This document shows positions 46,301-55,002 of a stretch of DNA of 56,784 nt, piece after piece. The translations under genes were made by a program, and so were the position numbers. The notes beneath the pieces were generated by a model that was given only the letters and a program-made list of their open reading frames with translations, was not told the origin of the DNA and searched no databases. Origin of the DNA: Candidatus Woesearchaeota archaeon (GTDB taxonomy: Archaea > Nanobdellota > Nanobdellia > Pacearchaeales > GW2011-AR1); assembly GCA_964389765.1 (NCBI GenBank), contig CAYMES010000001.1:6786-63569 (forward strand), written 5' to 3'. The stretch's first letter is position 1. Each line of letters starts with the position of its first letter.

Positions 46301-46437
46301 GTGTTGAAGAGGGTTATGAACAGTGTGTTGAAGAGTATCTTGGACAAGATTTTGAAGATTCTACTTTAGATGGAAGAGGAGATGGTTCAAGTGGAGGAGG
46401 TTCTGGTGGAGGAAGTCCTCCAAGTATGCCTAATTAA
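43360..46437 (+). CDS. Giant secreted Cys-rich surface protein with a right-handed parallel beta-helix (NosD/PbH1-like) domain and duplicated Cys modules
   Basis: N-terminal signal or anchor helix. PbH1-like repeats appear periodically (N.I.GS..GIY.. pattern; SNNVIKDSLSRGIYII, SNQISGSRIGAYF, GNSLKNNQYGLVF). There are two ~65-aa C..DTDGG...CPNGC.DGACIE modules. The tail is G/S-rich (GGGSGGGSPPSMPN). Confidence 0.65.
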   Translation: MRKKRVKGVFVILVLVILSISLVSAGFWKGFIDGITGKATSSEEICECSSCSECQEKLQDDSCEEVKLTENIDSAGNCIFISSEIKDKTFDCQGYSIRGENSSYGVYLKSAKNCVIKDCTFSGFYNTLFIYKGQRNKVLDNEVKGYNGMGIYFYGGFENLISNNVIKDSLSRGIYIIRGSGDIIRSNQISGSRIGAYFYQGNNNSLYGNSLKNNQYGLVFYGGSNQIIGNIACENSRYDLYIRGSGDYFLDNTCDKVRAEGIEGVCEKSCSGEVKFCNDTGGGVNDIYNKGIVYVSEGSFTDRCVNNASLKEYYCSEDDNVSNYLQECPNGCQDGACIEENNSVFECKDTDGGLDYFNKGKISGTIGTGEYADHCLNENDLIERHCLSGNNFNFTLQYSCPNGCEDGACIEKQEEVDKCGNLSTSIKGNIKILQNDGEEVVLREGDKIIEGGYVVVPTDDGGKILELSSIQNSSSSSPNDDTVIFKDVLDESKYYEVTIINIEGQGKLTIEGRDFLVEYRDDKTGQEESAWARLTWDPQDKVDTFDCEVLSSCYDLSNMIKNPFGFIDYNGNKWKISYNASYNFETYIKGEKVKVKDYHSSWNYGKEYNGNKGYYRYIYLGFYEFPNSKNARGYLDDRMNWQICTSRTFRYDDKEEVVYLCSYYDESYPEETRKAKVYWLNGNKIFYLQGDSDYWDDEEKLEEFLGKEHERMNRFIEGFKDNRYRWANPYLNYPFEKFVQSYLGGCGSELEPYYDDTGDECEPCWECKVQPKICPPHGEQTEKCIDNCCDQEKEYSVSCEPGICSGCYIPKWLGSQEDRCVPYGFRFTQRDLEQDEEKFKEGVYSDYSLDIVSDSSAIWTFYTPTGNDSYKLEEGETTYISLDDWEWDISSVSFDVKEVNKEEGYMRVLVNLEAKFNAYCDIDGMVKSQKADWRECQNNYECESNFCSGHECTGINRMIKEASGIKSLGIKVLCRLASLFGVEEGYEQCVEEYLGQDFEDSTLDGRGDGSSGGGSGGGSPPSMPN

Positions 46438-46449
46438 TAAAAATGGAAA

Positions 46450-49400
46450 ATGGCAATTTTAATAAAGAAGGATTATAAGTTCTTCTTTTTTATATTTATT
46501 TTTTTAATATTGATAGGTTTATTTTCTTTTTTTTGTTCTGGAAAGTTGTTTCAAAAGGAAGGAGTTTATTATATTGAACAAGATATTGAAGAAAAATGGA
46601 ACTTAATTTCTGGAATAAGTTTTGCAGAAGGAGATGTTTTAGATGAAGGAATAAGTAAAGATGCAATTTTTAAAGCATATTATTATGATTCAGAAATAGG
46701 AAAAGAAGTTGAAATAAGGCCAGATTATAAAGCTACAAAAGATCCTTTAAAAGTTTATACAAATGCTTTCTGGGTTTTTTCAGTTATTCCTGGAAAAATA
46801 ATTTATAAGGCAAGTCCAGGATTTGTAAATAAATCTTGGGTTGGAGGAAGTTATAAATTTTATAGTGGTTGGAATGCTATTGGAATAAATGAGGAGATGT
46901 ATGGTAAAAAAATTGAAAATATAAAAGGAGATTGTAATTTGCTTGATTCTAGAATCTGGGATGCTAAAAATCAAGAATGGAAAAAAATTGAATTAAATGA
47001 AAGCATAAATTTTAAATCAAGAGAAGAATTAGTTGGAAAAGGAATAAGTATAAAAGTTAGTCAAGATTGTAATTTTTTAAGCAATATTAGTGAAGAAAGT
47101 TATTGTGGAGATAGTGTTTGTGATGAAGATGAAAATGAAACTTCTTGTCCTGAAGATTGTTATGTTTTTAAATTAAATAATAATTCAAAAAATCTTTCCT
47201 TATATTCAGATAAAGAATTGTTTTTAATTTCAGATAAAAATTGGAAAGAAATTCTTCCATGGGTTTCTGTTTCTGTTTGGACTGGAAATGAGAGTGAAAG
47301 TTGTCAGAGAGGGTATGGAACTTCACTAGGTGTTTGTGTTTATCCTTTTTTAATGTGGCATGAAGATTATTATAATTATGTAAAAAACCATAAGGTATTA
47401 GATGTTTTAGATGGAAATTGGAGGAGTTATTATTATGATTTTGATGAAAATATTCTAGTTTGGACAGAAAGTGGCAAGATTTATAGTTATAACTTGGAAA
47501 CAGATGAAAAAGAGATTATTGATAATTCATTAAATTCAGTAAATGGTTTAAAAATGAAAAAAGATGAAATTATTTTAAAAGATTACAATTATGATTGGGC
47601 AAATAAAAAAAGTGAATTTTACTTGTATCTTTATTCTTTATCTAATAAATCAAAAGAATTAATTTGGAATACAACTAATAAGATAGAAGGGTTGTCCATT
47701 AATAAAGATTATATTTCTTGGTCAGAAAGAGTAGGAGAAGTTAGTTCAGGAAGAGGATTTAGAAGGGTTCATGATGTATATTTATATGATTTTGAATCTG
47801 GCAATAAAATAAAAATAGGTGAAGAAAGAATAAGTGCAAGTAATATTGTTTTAGCAGGAGGATTTGTTGTTTGGTCAGAATATCTTCAAGGAAAATATTA
47901 TCTTACTTTTTATAATATTTCATCTGGAAAAATTAAAAAAGTAGAAAAACCAGGTTTTCCAAATTATCTGGAATCTTATAATGATATAGTTGTGTGGGCA
48001 GATTGGAGAGATGGAAAGGGCGATATTTTTATGACTAATGTTTCTTTAAATAATGAAATTCGGTTGAGCAATTCTAAAGAAAATGTGAGAGGTCCAGATA
48101 TTTATAAAAATAAAGTTGTTTGGAGTAGTTATTCAGCTGGAAAAGATATAGTTTATTATGATATTTTAAATAAACAAAGAAAGTATCTTACATCTGATTT
48201 AGAAGATTATCATTCTCCAAAAATATTTGAAGATAGTATTATTTTTTCTAATGACTCTGATTTTCTTATTTATGATCCAGATATAAATCTTAGTTATGGG
48301 TTTTCTTCTTTTGATGCAGATTCAATTATTTATTTTATACAGCAATATTTTCCTAACAAAGTTACAATTATTGGAGATACTCCTCAAGAATTAGATAATT
48401 TATTAATCACAGAGCCAGAATTAGGGGCAGGATTAGATTTAGAAAATATTCAAAGAGTAGATGCAATAGATTATTTGAGTTATTGGAAAGATTATGAAAA
48501 CATTGTTTATGTAGAAGATGATTATGAATTAGCTTTGCTTGCTTCAACATATGCAAGTTTGATTAATTCTCCATTAATAATCAAAGGAAGTTATTTGGAT
48601 GATGAGAGGATTTTTGAAAATAAAACTAAAATATGTATTGGAGGATTTAATATAAGTTGTGATGAGAATTATAACTTAGAACAATTGAGAGAAGAATATA
48701 TTTCTCAAACAAAGACAAATAAATTTATTTTAACAAATCCAGAAGATTTAAACAAAGGTATAAAAGGGGATTTGAATCCAGAAAAATCTTCAGATTCAGT
48801 TTATAATCTTTATTCAAAAACTTCATTATCTTCTCCTATATTAGCAAGTGCAAAAAATGAGTTGATATTAACTATAGATGATAAGAACTTTTCAGATATT
48901 GATGATTCTTTAGATAAATTTTTAGAAGATTATTTGGGCATCGATAATGATTTTTGTGAAGGAGGAGATTATTGTTCGAGAGGGTTTATAAAAGATTCAA
49001 AAAATATTTCTTTTGTAAGTAATTCTGTAACTTTTGATTTTGAAATTTCTGAAGAAGGTAATTTAACAGGTGAGCAAGAAGAGTATTTAATTGAAGTTTA
49101 TGGAAATTTATTTAATTGTTCTTCAGAAATAACAAATGTAGATTTTTATATTAATGAAGATAAAGTTAATTCAAAAGAAGTTAGGTGTAAAGAGATTTCT
49201 GATTTGGTTTTATTTTCTCGTCATTATGGTTATATTCAGAGTTCTACTTTTAATTATAGTTTTAATCCAGGACAGGTAAATATATCTCTTGTTTTTGATT
49301 CTGATATTTTTTTAAATAATTTAAATGGAAAGGTAATTTCAGTTATGAAACAGGAGGATAATTATTGGGATTTTTTTAAAATTTGTAATCTTTTAGATAA

Positions 49401-50565
49401 AACTTGTGCACCTGAAACTGAAACTATGAATATTGATCATTATTATTCAAAAAATATTAGTTTTTTTGAATTTGATAATTTAAATATTAATAGCAACTAT
49501 CAGATTTTTGTTGAGATTCAAGGAAGAAATGTAAGAGGTGCTTCAGTATATTCAAATGATTTTTTAATAGGAAAATTTGACAATATTTATTCAAGTAAAG
49601 AAATTAAAAGATTTGAATTACCTAGTGAATTGATTGAAGAAAATGTAGAGATTAAGATTGTTCCAAATTTTTATTATTATGGTGAAAAATTTTATATTGC
49701 TAATGTTAGATTGTCTAAAGATTATTCAGATAGTTATCTTACAATAATTGGGGCACCAGATGCAATACCTTATAGAGAGTTAATGGATCCTATTGGAGGA
49801 TATTCTAATTTTAGGTCTCTTGACCAGACAGAATATGCAGATATTGATAAAGATTTAATGCCTGATTTATCTACTGGAAGGATAATGGGAATAACTTCTT
49901 CTGATTTTTCAAGCTATATTGCAAGGATTTTGTTTTATGACAAGATAAATGCAAAAAACAAAGTTTCTTTTTTAATAGGTAATGGAGAAGATGATCATAA
50001 TGGAGCATTTAGGCAGTTGGGAGAGGTAATTCATACTTGGACAGGTTTTTTTGATGATTCAGGAATAGATGTTGAATGTAGTGTTAGGAACAATTCTGTT
50101 GTAGATGTTTCTCAACAAAAGTGTTTTAATTATAGCAGGGAGAATAAAGTAAAAATATGGAATTCTTTGCTTAAAGATAGAGAATCAACATATTTAGGAC
50201 ATCACGGCTCTTCATCTTTTGCAGGAATTAGTTCTGATGAGATTCCTTATTTAAATAGTTCTTTAGTTTTTAGTGATTCTTGTTCAACTTGTGCAAGTTA
50301 TAATGAGAGAAGTTTTTGCAATACAATGATTAGAAAAGGAGCATTAGCTCATTCAGGAGCAGTTTGTGTTGCTTGGTCAGGAAATAAAATTTATATGAAT
50401 ACTCTTAACCATATTTATTATAATAATGAATCTTTAGGAAAATCTTTTACTAAATCTTATGAATCTAGGTCAATGAGATGGATGACTAATTTATTAGGAG
50501 ATCCTAGTTTAAAAATAAATCCTGAAAATCTTTTAAATGAAGAATTAAATCTTTACTATCATTAA
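46450..50565 (+). CDS. Giant surface protein: N-terminal anchor, CGDSVCDEDENETSCPEDC module, beta-propeller-like repeats, C-terminal C25/gingipain-like clan CD peptidase-like domain
   Basis: Repeated (V/I)(V/S)W(S/A/T)(E/D)...G..D(I/V)(Y/F) blades occur across aa ~330-600. The C-terminal region has DIDKDLMPDLSTGRI, YLGHHGS (His1251/1252) and LVFSDSCSTC (Cys1278), with the spacing of a clan CD His-Cys dyad. Confidence 0.6.
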   Translation: MAILIKKDYKFFFFIFIFLILIGLFSFFCSGKLFQKEGVYYIEQDIEEKWNLISGISFAEGDVLDEGISKDAIFKAYYYDSEIGKEVEIRPDYKATKDPLKVYTNAFWVFSVIPGKIIYKASPGFVNKSWVGGSYKFYSGWNAIGINEEMYGKKIENIKGDCNLLDSRIWDAKNQEWKKIELNESINFKSREELVGKGISIKVSQDCNFLSNISEESYCGDSVCDEDENETSCPEDCYVFKLNNNSKNLSLYSDKELFLISDKNWKEILPWVSVSVWTGNESESCQRGYGTSLGVCVYPFLMWHEDYYNYVKNHKVLDVLDGNWRSYYYDFDENILVWTESGKIYSYNLETDEKEIIDNSLNSVNGLKMKKDEIILKDYNYDWANKKSEFYLYLYSLSNKSKELIWNTTNKIEGLSINKDYISWSERVGEVSSGRGFRRVHDVYLYDFESGNKIKIGEERISASNIVLAGGFVVWSEYLQGKYYLTFYNISSGKIKKVEKPGFPNYLESYNDIVVWADWRDGKGDIFMTNVSLNNEIRLSNSKENVRGPDIYKNKVVWSSYSAGKDIVYYDILNKQRKYLTSDLEDYHSPKIFEDSIIFSNDSDFLIYDPDINLSYGFSSFDADSIIYFIQQYFPNKVTIIGDTPQELDNLLITEPELGAGLDLENIQRVDAIDYLSYWKDYENIVYVEDDYELALLASTYASLINSPLIIKGSYLDDERIFENKTKICIGGFNISCDENYNLEQLREEYISQTKTNKFILTNPEDLNKGIKGDLNPEKSSDSVYNLYSKTSLSSPILASAKNELILTIDDKNFSDIDDSLDKFLEDYLGIDNDFCEGGDYCSRGFIKDSKNISFVSNSVTFDFEISEEGNLTGEQEEYLIEVYGNLFNCSSEITNVDFYINEDKVNSKEVRCKEISDLVLFSRHYGYIQSSTFNYSFNPGQVNISLVFDSDIFLNNLNGKVISVMKQEDNYWDFFKICNLLDKTCAPETETMNIDHYYSKNISFFEFDNLNINSNYQIFVEIQGRNVRGASVYSNDFLIGKFDNIYSSKEIKRFELPSELIEENVEIKIVPNFYYYGEKFYIANVRLSKDYSDSYLTIIGAPDAIPYRELMDPIGGYSNFRSLDQTEYADIDKDLMPDLSTGRIMGITSSDFSSYIARILFYDKINAKNKVSFLIGNGEDDHNGAFRQLGEVIHTWTGFFDDSGIDVECSVRNNSVVDVSQQKCFNYSRENKVKIWNSLLKDRESTYLGHHGSSSFAGISSDEIPYLNSSLVFSDSCSTCASYNERSFCNTMIRKGALAHSGAVCVAWSGNKIYMNTLNHIYYNNESLGKSFTKSYESRSMRWMTNLLGDPSLKINPENLLNEELNLYYH

Positions 50566-50566
50566 A

Positions 50567-51370
50567 ATGAAGATAAATATTTTAAAAATAACTCCTGTTT
50601 TTTTAATTATTATACTGGTTAGTTTAGAAGCTAGTGCATTAATAAATATGGAGATTGATGTAGATTCTTATTTTAGTATCGAGAATGAAATAAAATTTGA
50701 ATATAGTATTCTTTCAAATATAGATCAGAGCATTAGTTATTTTGCTAGTGTTAAATGTCCTAACTTATTAGATCCTTTATTAAAATTAGAAAAAGCAGAA
50801 TTAAGAGCTAATGTTCCTTATGAAAAAAGTTATTCTTATATCCAGGTTGATGACAGTATTGAACCACAAAATTGTATAGCACAAGTTTCATTAATAGAGC
50901 CATTTCAAAGAACTGTTTCAAAAGAATTTAATATTATAGCTAAAAAAAGTTTTGGTTTTGATATAGTTTTAGATAAAAAAGTTTTAATACTTGGTGAGGA
51001 AATTAAAATAAATTTTGATTCAGAAGTTGAAAATTTAGATATAGAAGCTAATTTAAGATATCCTAATGGCGCTGTAAAACAAATAAATCTTCCATATTTA
51101 GAAAAAATAAAAAAAGAAGGAACATATGTTGTAAGAGTTAGAGCATCTAAAGATAATTATAAATCAATAACAAAAGAAAAAGAATTTGGGGTAATTAGAG
51201 AAAATGCAAAGATAAAAAAAGCTGATTTTTCTGGGAATATTATTAAATTTTATGAAGATGATGGATCAGATTCTGTTTTTTATTTAATAGTTTTATTTAT
51301 TATGGGATTAATTATTGGGTTAATAGCTTTGATTTATTTTATTTATAAAAATAGGCCTTTAGAAAGTTAA
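50567..51370 (+). CDS. Secreted protein with a C-terminal membrane anchor
   Basis: Signal-like N-terminus and C-terminal helix VFYLIVLFIMGLIIGLIALIYFIY. The start lies 1 nt after the upstream stop. Confidence 0.55.
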   Translation: MKINILKITPVFLIIILVSLEASALINMEIDVDSYFSIENEIKFEYSILSNIDQSISYFASVKCPNLLDPLLKLEKAELRANVPYEKSYSYIQVDDSIEPQNCIAQVSLIEPFQRTVSKEFNIIAKKSFGFDIVLDKKVLILGEEIKINFDSEVENLDIEANLRYPNGAVKQINLPYLEKIKKEGTYVVRVRASKDNYKSITKEKEFGVIRENAKIKKADFSGNIIKFYEDDGSDSVFYLIVLFIMGLIIGLIALIYFIYKNRPLES

Positions 51371-51409
51371 AATAGTTAATTCTAAAAACCCTTTGTTTTT
51401 AATTGATTT

Positions 51410-52078
51410 ATGAACCTAGGAGTTTTATTTTCAGGAGGAAAAGATTCAACATATGCAGCTTGGCTTATGAAAAAACAAGGACATGATTTAAGCTGTTTGA
51501 TTTCAGTTGAATCTGAAAATAAAGAAAGTTTTATGTTCCATACTCCTTCTATATCTCAAGTAGAGAAGCAGGCAGAAGTTATGGAAATTCCTTTAATTAT
51601 TGAGAAGACAAAAGGTGCAAAAGAAGAGGAATTAGAAGATTTAGAAGAAGCTATTAAAGAAGCAATTAAAGAGTATGATATTAAAGGCATTGTAACAGGA
51701 GCTGTAAAAAGTGTTTATCAAGAAAGCAGGATAAAGAAGATTTGTGATAACCTTGGTATTTGGTGTTTTAATCCTCTTTGGAATAAAGATGAATGGAAAT
51801 TATTAGAAGAACTAATAAAAGAAGGATTTCAAATAATTGTTGTAGGAGTTTTTGCCTATCCTTTTGAGAATAAGTGGTTAGGAAGAAAAATAAATAAGAG
51901 GTTTATACAAGATATTAAGAAAATCTATAAGAATATTCAAATTAGTCCTGCAGGAGAAGGGGGAGAATTTGAGACTTTGGTTTTAAATTGTCCTTTATTT
52001 AAAAGAAAACTAGAAATTAAAGATAAGAAGATTTATGGAGAAAAAAATTCTTGGAAAATGGAAGTTAAGTTAAAATGA
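51410..52078 (+). CDS. PP-loop ATP pyrophosphatase, MJ0570 / Dph6 (diphthine-ammonia ligase) N-domain family
   Basis: PP-loop LFSGGKDS and GEGGEFETLVL near the C-terminus. Confidence 0.7.
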   Translation: MNLGVLFSGGKDSTYAAWLMKKQGHDLSCLISVESENKESFMFHTPSISQVEKQAEVMEIPLIIEKTKGAKEEELEDLEEAIKEAIKEYDIKGIVTGAVKSVYQESRIKKICDNLGIWCFNPLWNKDEWKLLEELIKEGFQIIVVGVFAYPFENKWLGRKINKRFIQDIKKIYKNIQISPAGEGGEFETLVLNCPLFKRKLEIKDKKIYGEKNSWKMEVKLK

Positions 52079-52770
52079 ATCTTGAAAATATTTTAAACAA
52101 GATAAAAAAGTATAAGAAAAAATTTATTTTAGGAATAGTAGCTTTGAGTGTATTGACAGGAGGATGTGTTTCAAGACAAGAAAAAGAAATTTATTTATCT
52201 AATGTTTTTAATGGTGAAAATGGAAAAGTTCCTTGGAAAGAAGTAGTTTCGAAGATAAAGTATGAAGAAGATAAAAATGGAGAGTTTTTATCTGCTTATG
52301 AAGCATTAAAACAAGGAAGAGGAGATTGTGAAGAGTTTGCAATTTGTTCTTGTGCTTATTCAGGAGATATTTATGGAAGGGATGTTCTTGTGTCAAGATT
52401 TTATAATTTAGTAGATAAAAGTTTTACAAGTCATGCTTCACATTTATTAGAAAAAGATGGGAAATATGGAATTAGGGGGCAGATTGAAGAAACAATAGAA
52501 CCAGTACATAGTTTTGATGATTTAATAAAAAAATTACAATCTAAAAGATTTATGTCGGGACAGGTAATTTTAAGTTATAGTATTGTTAATTTAGATTTAG
52601 TTCATAAAGATTGGAAAACTACTTCTGAAAATATGTTTAAATATTTTAGAAAAGCATATTCAGAAGCAAAAGAGTATGATATAAAAACTCTTCCAGAAGT
52701 TTGTTTAAAAGGAGAAAAGAATAAAGAAGTTGATAAAGATGGAACAGGAAGCAAAAAAAGAGAAAATTAA
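52075..52770 (+). CDS. Lipoprotein with a transglutaminase-like cysteine-peptidase motif
   Basis: Lipobox LTGGC. GRGDCEEFA resembles the G.C.EFA catalytic Cys motif of transglutaminase-like proteins, and a His lies downstream (SHASHLL). ATGA overlap with the upstream gene. Confidence 0.45.
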   Translation: MNLENILNKIKKYKKKFILGIVALSVLTGGCVSRQEKEIYLSNVFNGENGKVPWKEVVSKIKYEEDKNGEFLSAYEALKQGRGDCEEFAICSCAYSGDIYGRDVLVSRFYNLVDKSFTSHASHLLEKDGKYGIRGQIEETIEPVHSFDDLIKKLQSKRFMSGQVILSYSIVNLDLVHKDWKTTSENMFKYFRKAYSEAKEYDIKTLPEVCLKGEKNKEVDKDGTGSKKREN

Positions 52771-53566
52771 GGATATTGTAGAGAGAATTAAGCAGAAAAA
52801 AGAATTTTCTAAATTACCGGATTCCATAGTTGAGAGGGTTTTAAATTTTAGAAAAATTCAGAAATTAAAAGGAAAAGACAAGATAAAGAAAACAAGAGCA
52901 ATTTTAAGAAAGGCTTTTTCTGCATTTATTAGTCAAAGCTTATTAAAAAAAAGTTTAAAACAAAACAGTAAGAGGGATAAGGAGAAGATTTTAAAAAAGC
53001 ATTCTTCAACAAGAGAAAGATATCCTTATTTTCAAGAGATTTACAGCAGGATTTTTGAAAATTTTAAGACAAAAAATAGAAAAGTTAATATTATTGATTT
53101 AGGAGCAGGAATAAATTCTTTTTCATATGCTTATTTATTGGAACAAGAAAAAAATATCAACTATATAGCAATTGAAGCAATAGGACAATTAGTAGATTTA
53201 ACAAATAAATATTTCATAAGTAATAAGTTCCAAGGAAAAGCTTATTGTTTTGATTTATTTGATTCTAGAGATTTAAAAAAAATTAGGAAAATCATCAGGA
53301 GTTTGAAAGGAATAAAAATTATTTTTTTATTAAAGATGATAGGACCTATAGAAACAATAAAAAGAGATTATACTAAGGAACTTCTTTTAAATTTAAAAGA
53401 GGATATTGATATTTTTGTTTTAAGTTTTGCTACAAAAACATTAGGTAAGAAAACCAGATTTCAGGTTAATAGAAAATGGCTTTTAGATTTTTTAAGAGAA
53501 AATTTTATGATCTTAGATGATTTTGAAATTTCTGGAGAAAGATTCATTATATTTAGAAACAATTAA
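52739..53566 (+). CDS. Class I SAM-dependent methyltransferase resembling FmrO/ArmA/Rmt 16S rRNA (m7G1405) methyltransferases
   Basis: HSSTRERY matches HASTRERL, IIDLGAGINSF matches DLGCGLNPL, IFLLKMIGPIE matches LLLK.LP.LE, and VLSFATKTLGKK matches VSFPT.SLGGR. The ATG at 52739 overlaps the upstream gene by 32 nt. Confidence 0.5.
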   Translation: MEQEAKKEKIKDIVERIKQKKEFSKLPDSIVERVLNFRKIQKLKGKDKIKKTRAILRKAFSAFISQSLLKKSLKQNSKRDKEKILKKHSSTRERYPYFQEIYSRIFENFKTKNRKVNIIDLGAGINSFSYAYLLEQEKNINYIAIEAIGQLVDLTNKYFISNKFQGKAYCFDLFDSRDLKKIRKIIRSLKGIKIIFLLKMIGPIETIKRDYTKELLLNLKEDIDIFVLSFATKTLGKKTRFQVNRKWLLDFLRENFMILDDFEISGERFIIFRNN

Positions 53567-53590
53567 AAACAAGTTTTTCTTCTTTAAAAA

Positions 53591-54997
53591 ATGGTTAAAA
53601 ATATAAAAGAGAATAAAGAAATTTTTGATAGTATTGATGTAGATAAGTTAAGAAGAAGATTTTCTAAGTATGGTTTAAGATATTGGGATATTAGAGTTCA
53701 GGAAGATAAAACTAAAGAGATTGTTGCATGGAGTAATGAGTTAAGAAGAAACTTAACTTCTATGTCCAGGGGGTTTTCAATTAGAGTGTTGTATAAAAAT
53801 GGCTGGGGGTTTGCATCATCTACAAATTTCAGTAAATTAGATGAGATGATTAATAGAGCACTAAAGCTATCAAAATTAAACAATACAAAAGAAAAAATTT
53901 ATTTGAATATTCCAAAAGAAGTAAATGATAAAAAAATAACTAAACAAAAAATAAAATTTAATGATATTTCTAATAAAGAAAAAGTTAATTTATTGCTTGG
54001 TTTGTGTAAAAAAGGTTTAGATTATGATAAAAATATAAAAAGTATTTTAACCAAATATGTGGAAATATTAGAAAAAAAGAAGTTTATTTCTTCATTGTCT
54101 TTTGTTGAACAAGAATTATCTAGAGGAGCTATAAAAGGAATTGTTAATTCAAAATCTTCCAATAGGCAAGAAGAAAAAAATTTTTCAATTGGAAATCTTG
54201 GAGGATATGAATTTTGTAAAAATATTGAACAAGAAGTAATAGGAGCATGTAAAAGAGCTGTTAATTTTTTAGATTCAAAAAAAGGATGTTCTGGAAATTT
54301 TCCAATTATTATTGATGGAGTATTGGCAAATTTGCTTGTACATGAAGCTTTGGGGCATGCTTCAGAAGCTGATACAATATTACAAGAATCAGGTTGTTTA
54401 ATAGGAAAAAAAGACAAAAGACTAGCACAAGAAAATGTAAATATTTGTGATGATCCTGGTGAAAATAATTTTTCTGGATGGGGTTCATATTATTATGATG
54501 ACGAAGGAGTTAAAGGAAAAAAAACATACATAATTAAGGAAGGCATATTAAATTCATATTTGCATAATATTGAGTCTGCAGGAAACTTAAAATCAAATTT
54601 AACAGGAAATGCAAGAGCTGAAAGTGTTTTTAAAATTCCAGTAATAAGGATGAGTAATACTTATATTGAAACAGGAAATTCTAGTTTTGAGGAGATGTTA
54701 AAACAAATTAAAAATGGATATTATATGAAAGGAAGTAAAGGAGGACAAGTTGATCCTTCAATAGGTGCTTTTCAGTTTTCAGCACAAGATATTTATAAAA
54801 TTGAAAATGGAGAAATTAAAGATAAGATAAAAGGGATGAGTTTTGGAGGAAATTTATTAGATATTTTAAAGAATATAGGATTAATAGGGAGAGAATATGA
54901 TAATGTTTTTCCTGGAACATGTGGTAAAGAAGGACAGCATGTTCCAGTTGGAGGAAAATGTCCTAATGTTTTTTTAAAAAAAGCTATGGTGAATTAG
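53591..54997 (+). CDS. tldD: TldD-family metalloprotease
   Basis: HEALGH zinc motif (LLVHEALGHASEAD) and the family-typical C-terminal GxC region. Confidence 0.8.
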   Translation: MVKNIKENKEIFDSIDVDKLRRRFSKYGLRYWDIRVQEDKTKEIVAWSNELRRNLTSMSRGFSIRVLYKNGWGFASSTNFSKLDEMINRALKLSKLNNTKEKIYLNIPKEVNDKKITKQKIKFNDISNKEKVNLLLGLCKKGLDYDKNIKSILTKYVEILEKKKFISSLSFVEQELSRGAIKGIVNSKSSNRQEEKNFSIGNLGGYEFCKNIEQEVIGACKRAVNFLDSKKGCSGNFPIIIDGVLANLLVHEALGHASEADTILQESGCLIGKKDKRLAQENVNICDDPGENNFSGWGSYYYDDEGVKGKKTYIIKEGILNSYLHNIESAGNLKSNLTGNARAESVFKIPVIRMSNTYIETGNSSFEEMLKQIKNGYYMKGSKGGQVDPSIGAFQFSAQDIYKIENGEIKDKIKGMSFGGNLLDILKNIGLIGREYDNVFPGTCGKEGQHVPVGGKCPNVFLKKAMVN

Positions 54998-55002
54998 TTA
55001 AA

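Noticed and set aside
46375-46386. RGD tripeptide (DGRGDG) near the C-terminus of the giant surface protein, as a possible integrin-type adhesion motif.
   Set aside because: A tripeptide occurs by chance in a 1025-aa protein, and integrin recognition is irrelevant for a prokaryotic host context.
43360-50565. Diversity-generating retroelement targeting the giant surface proteins, since DGRs are known in DPANN archaea.
   Set aside because: There is no reverse transcriptase gene in the window. I found no template/variable repeat pair with adenine-specific mismatches, and the only long repeat (205 bp) is non-coding.
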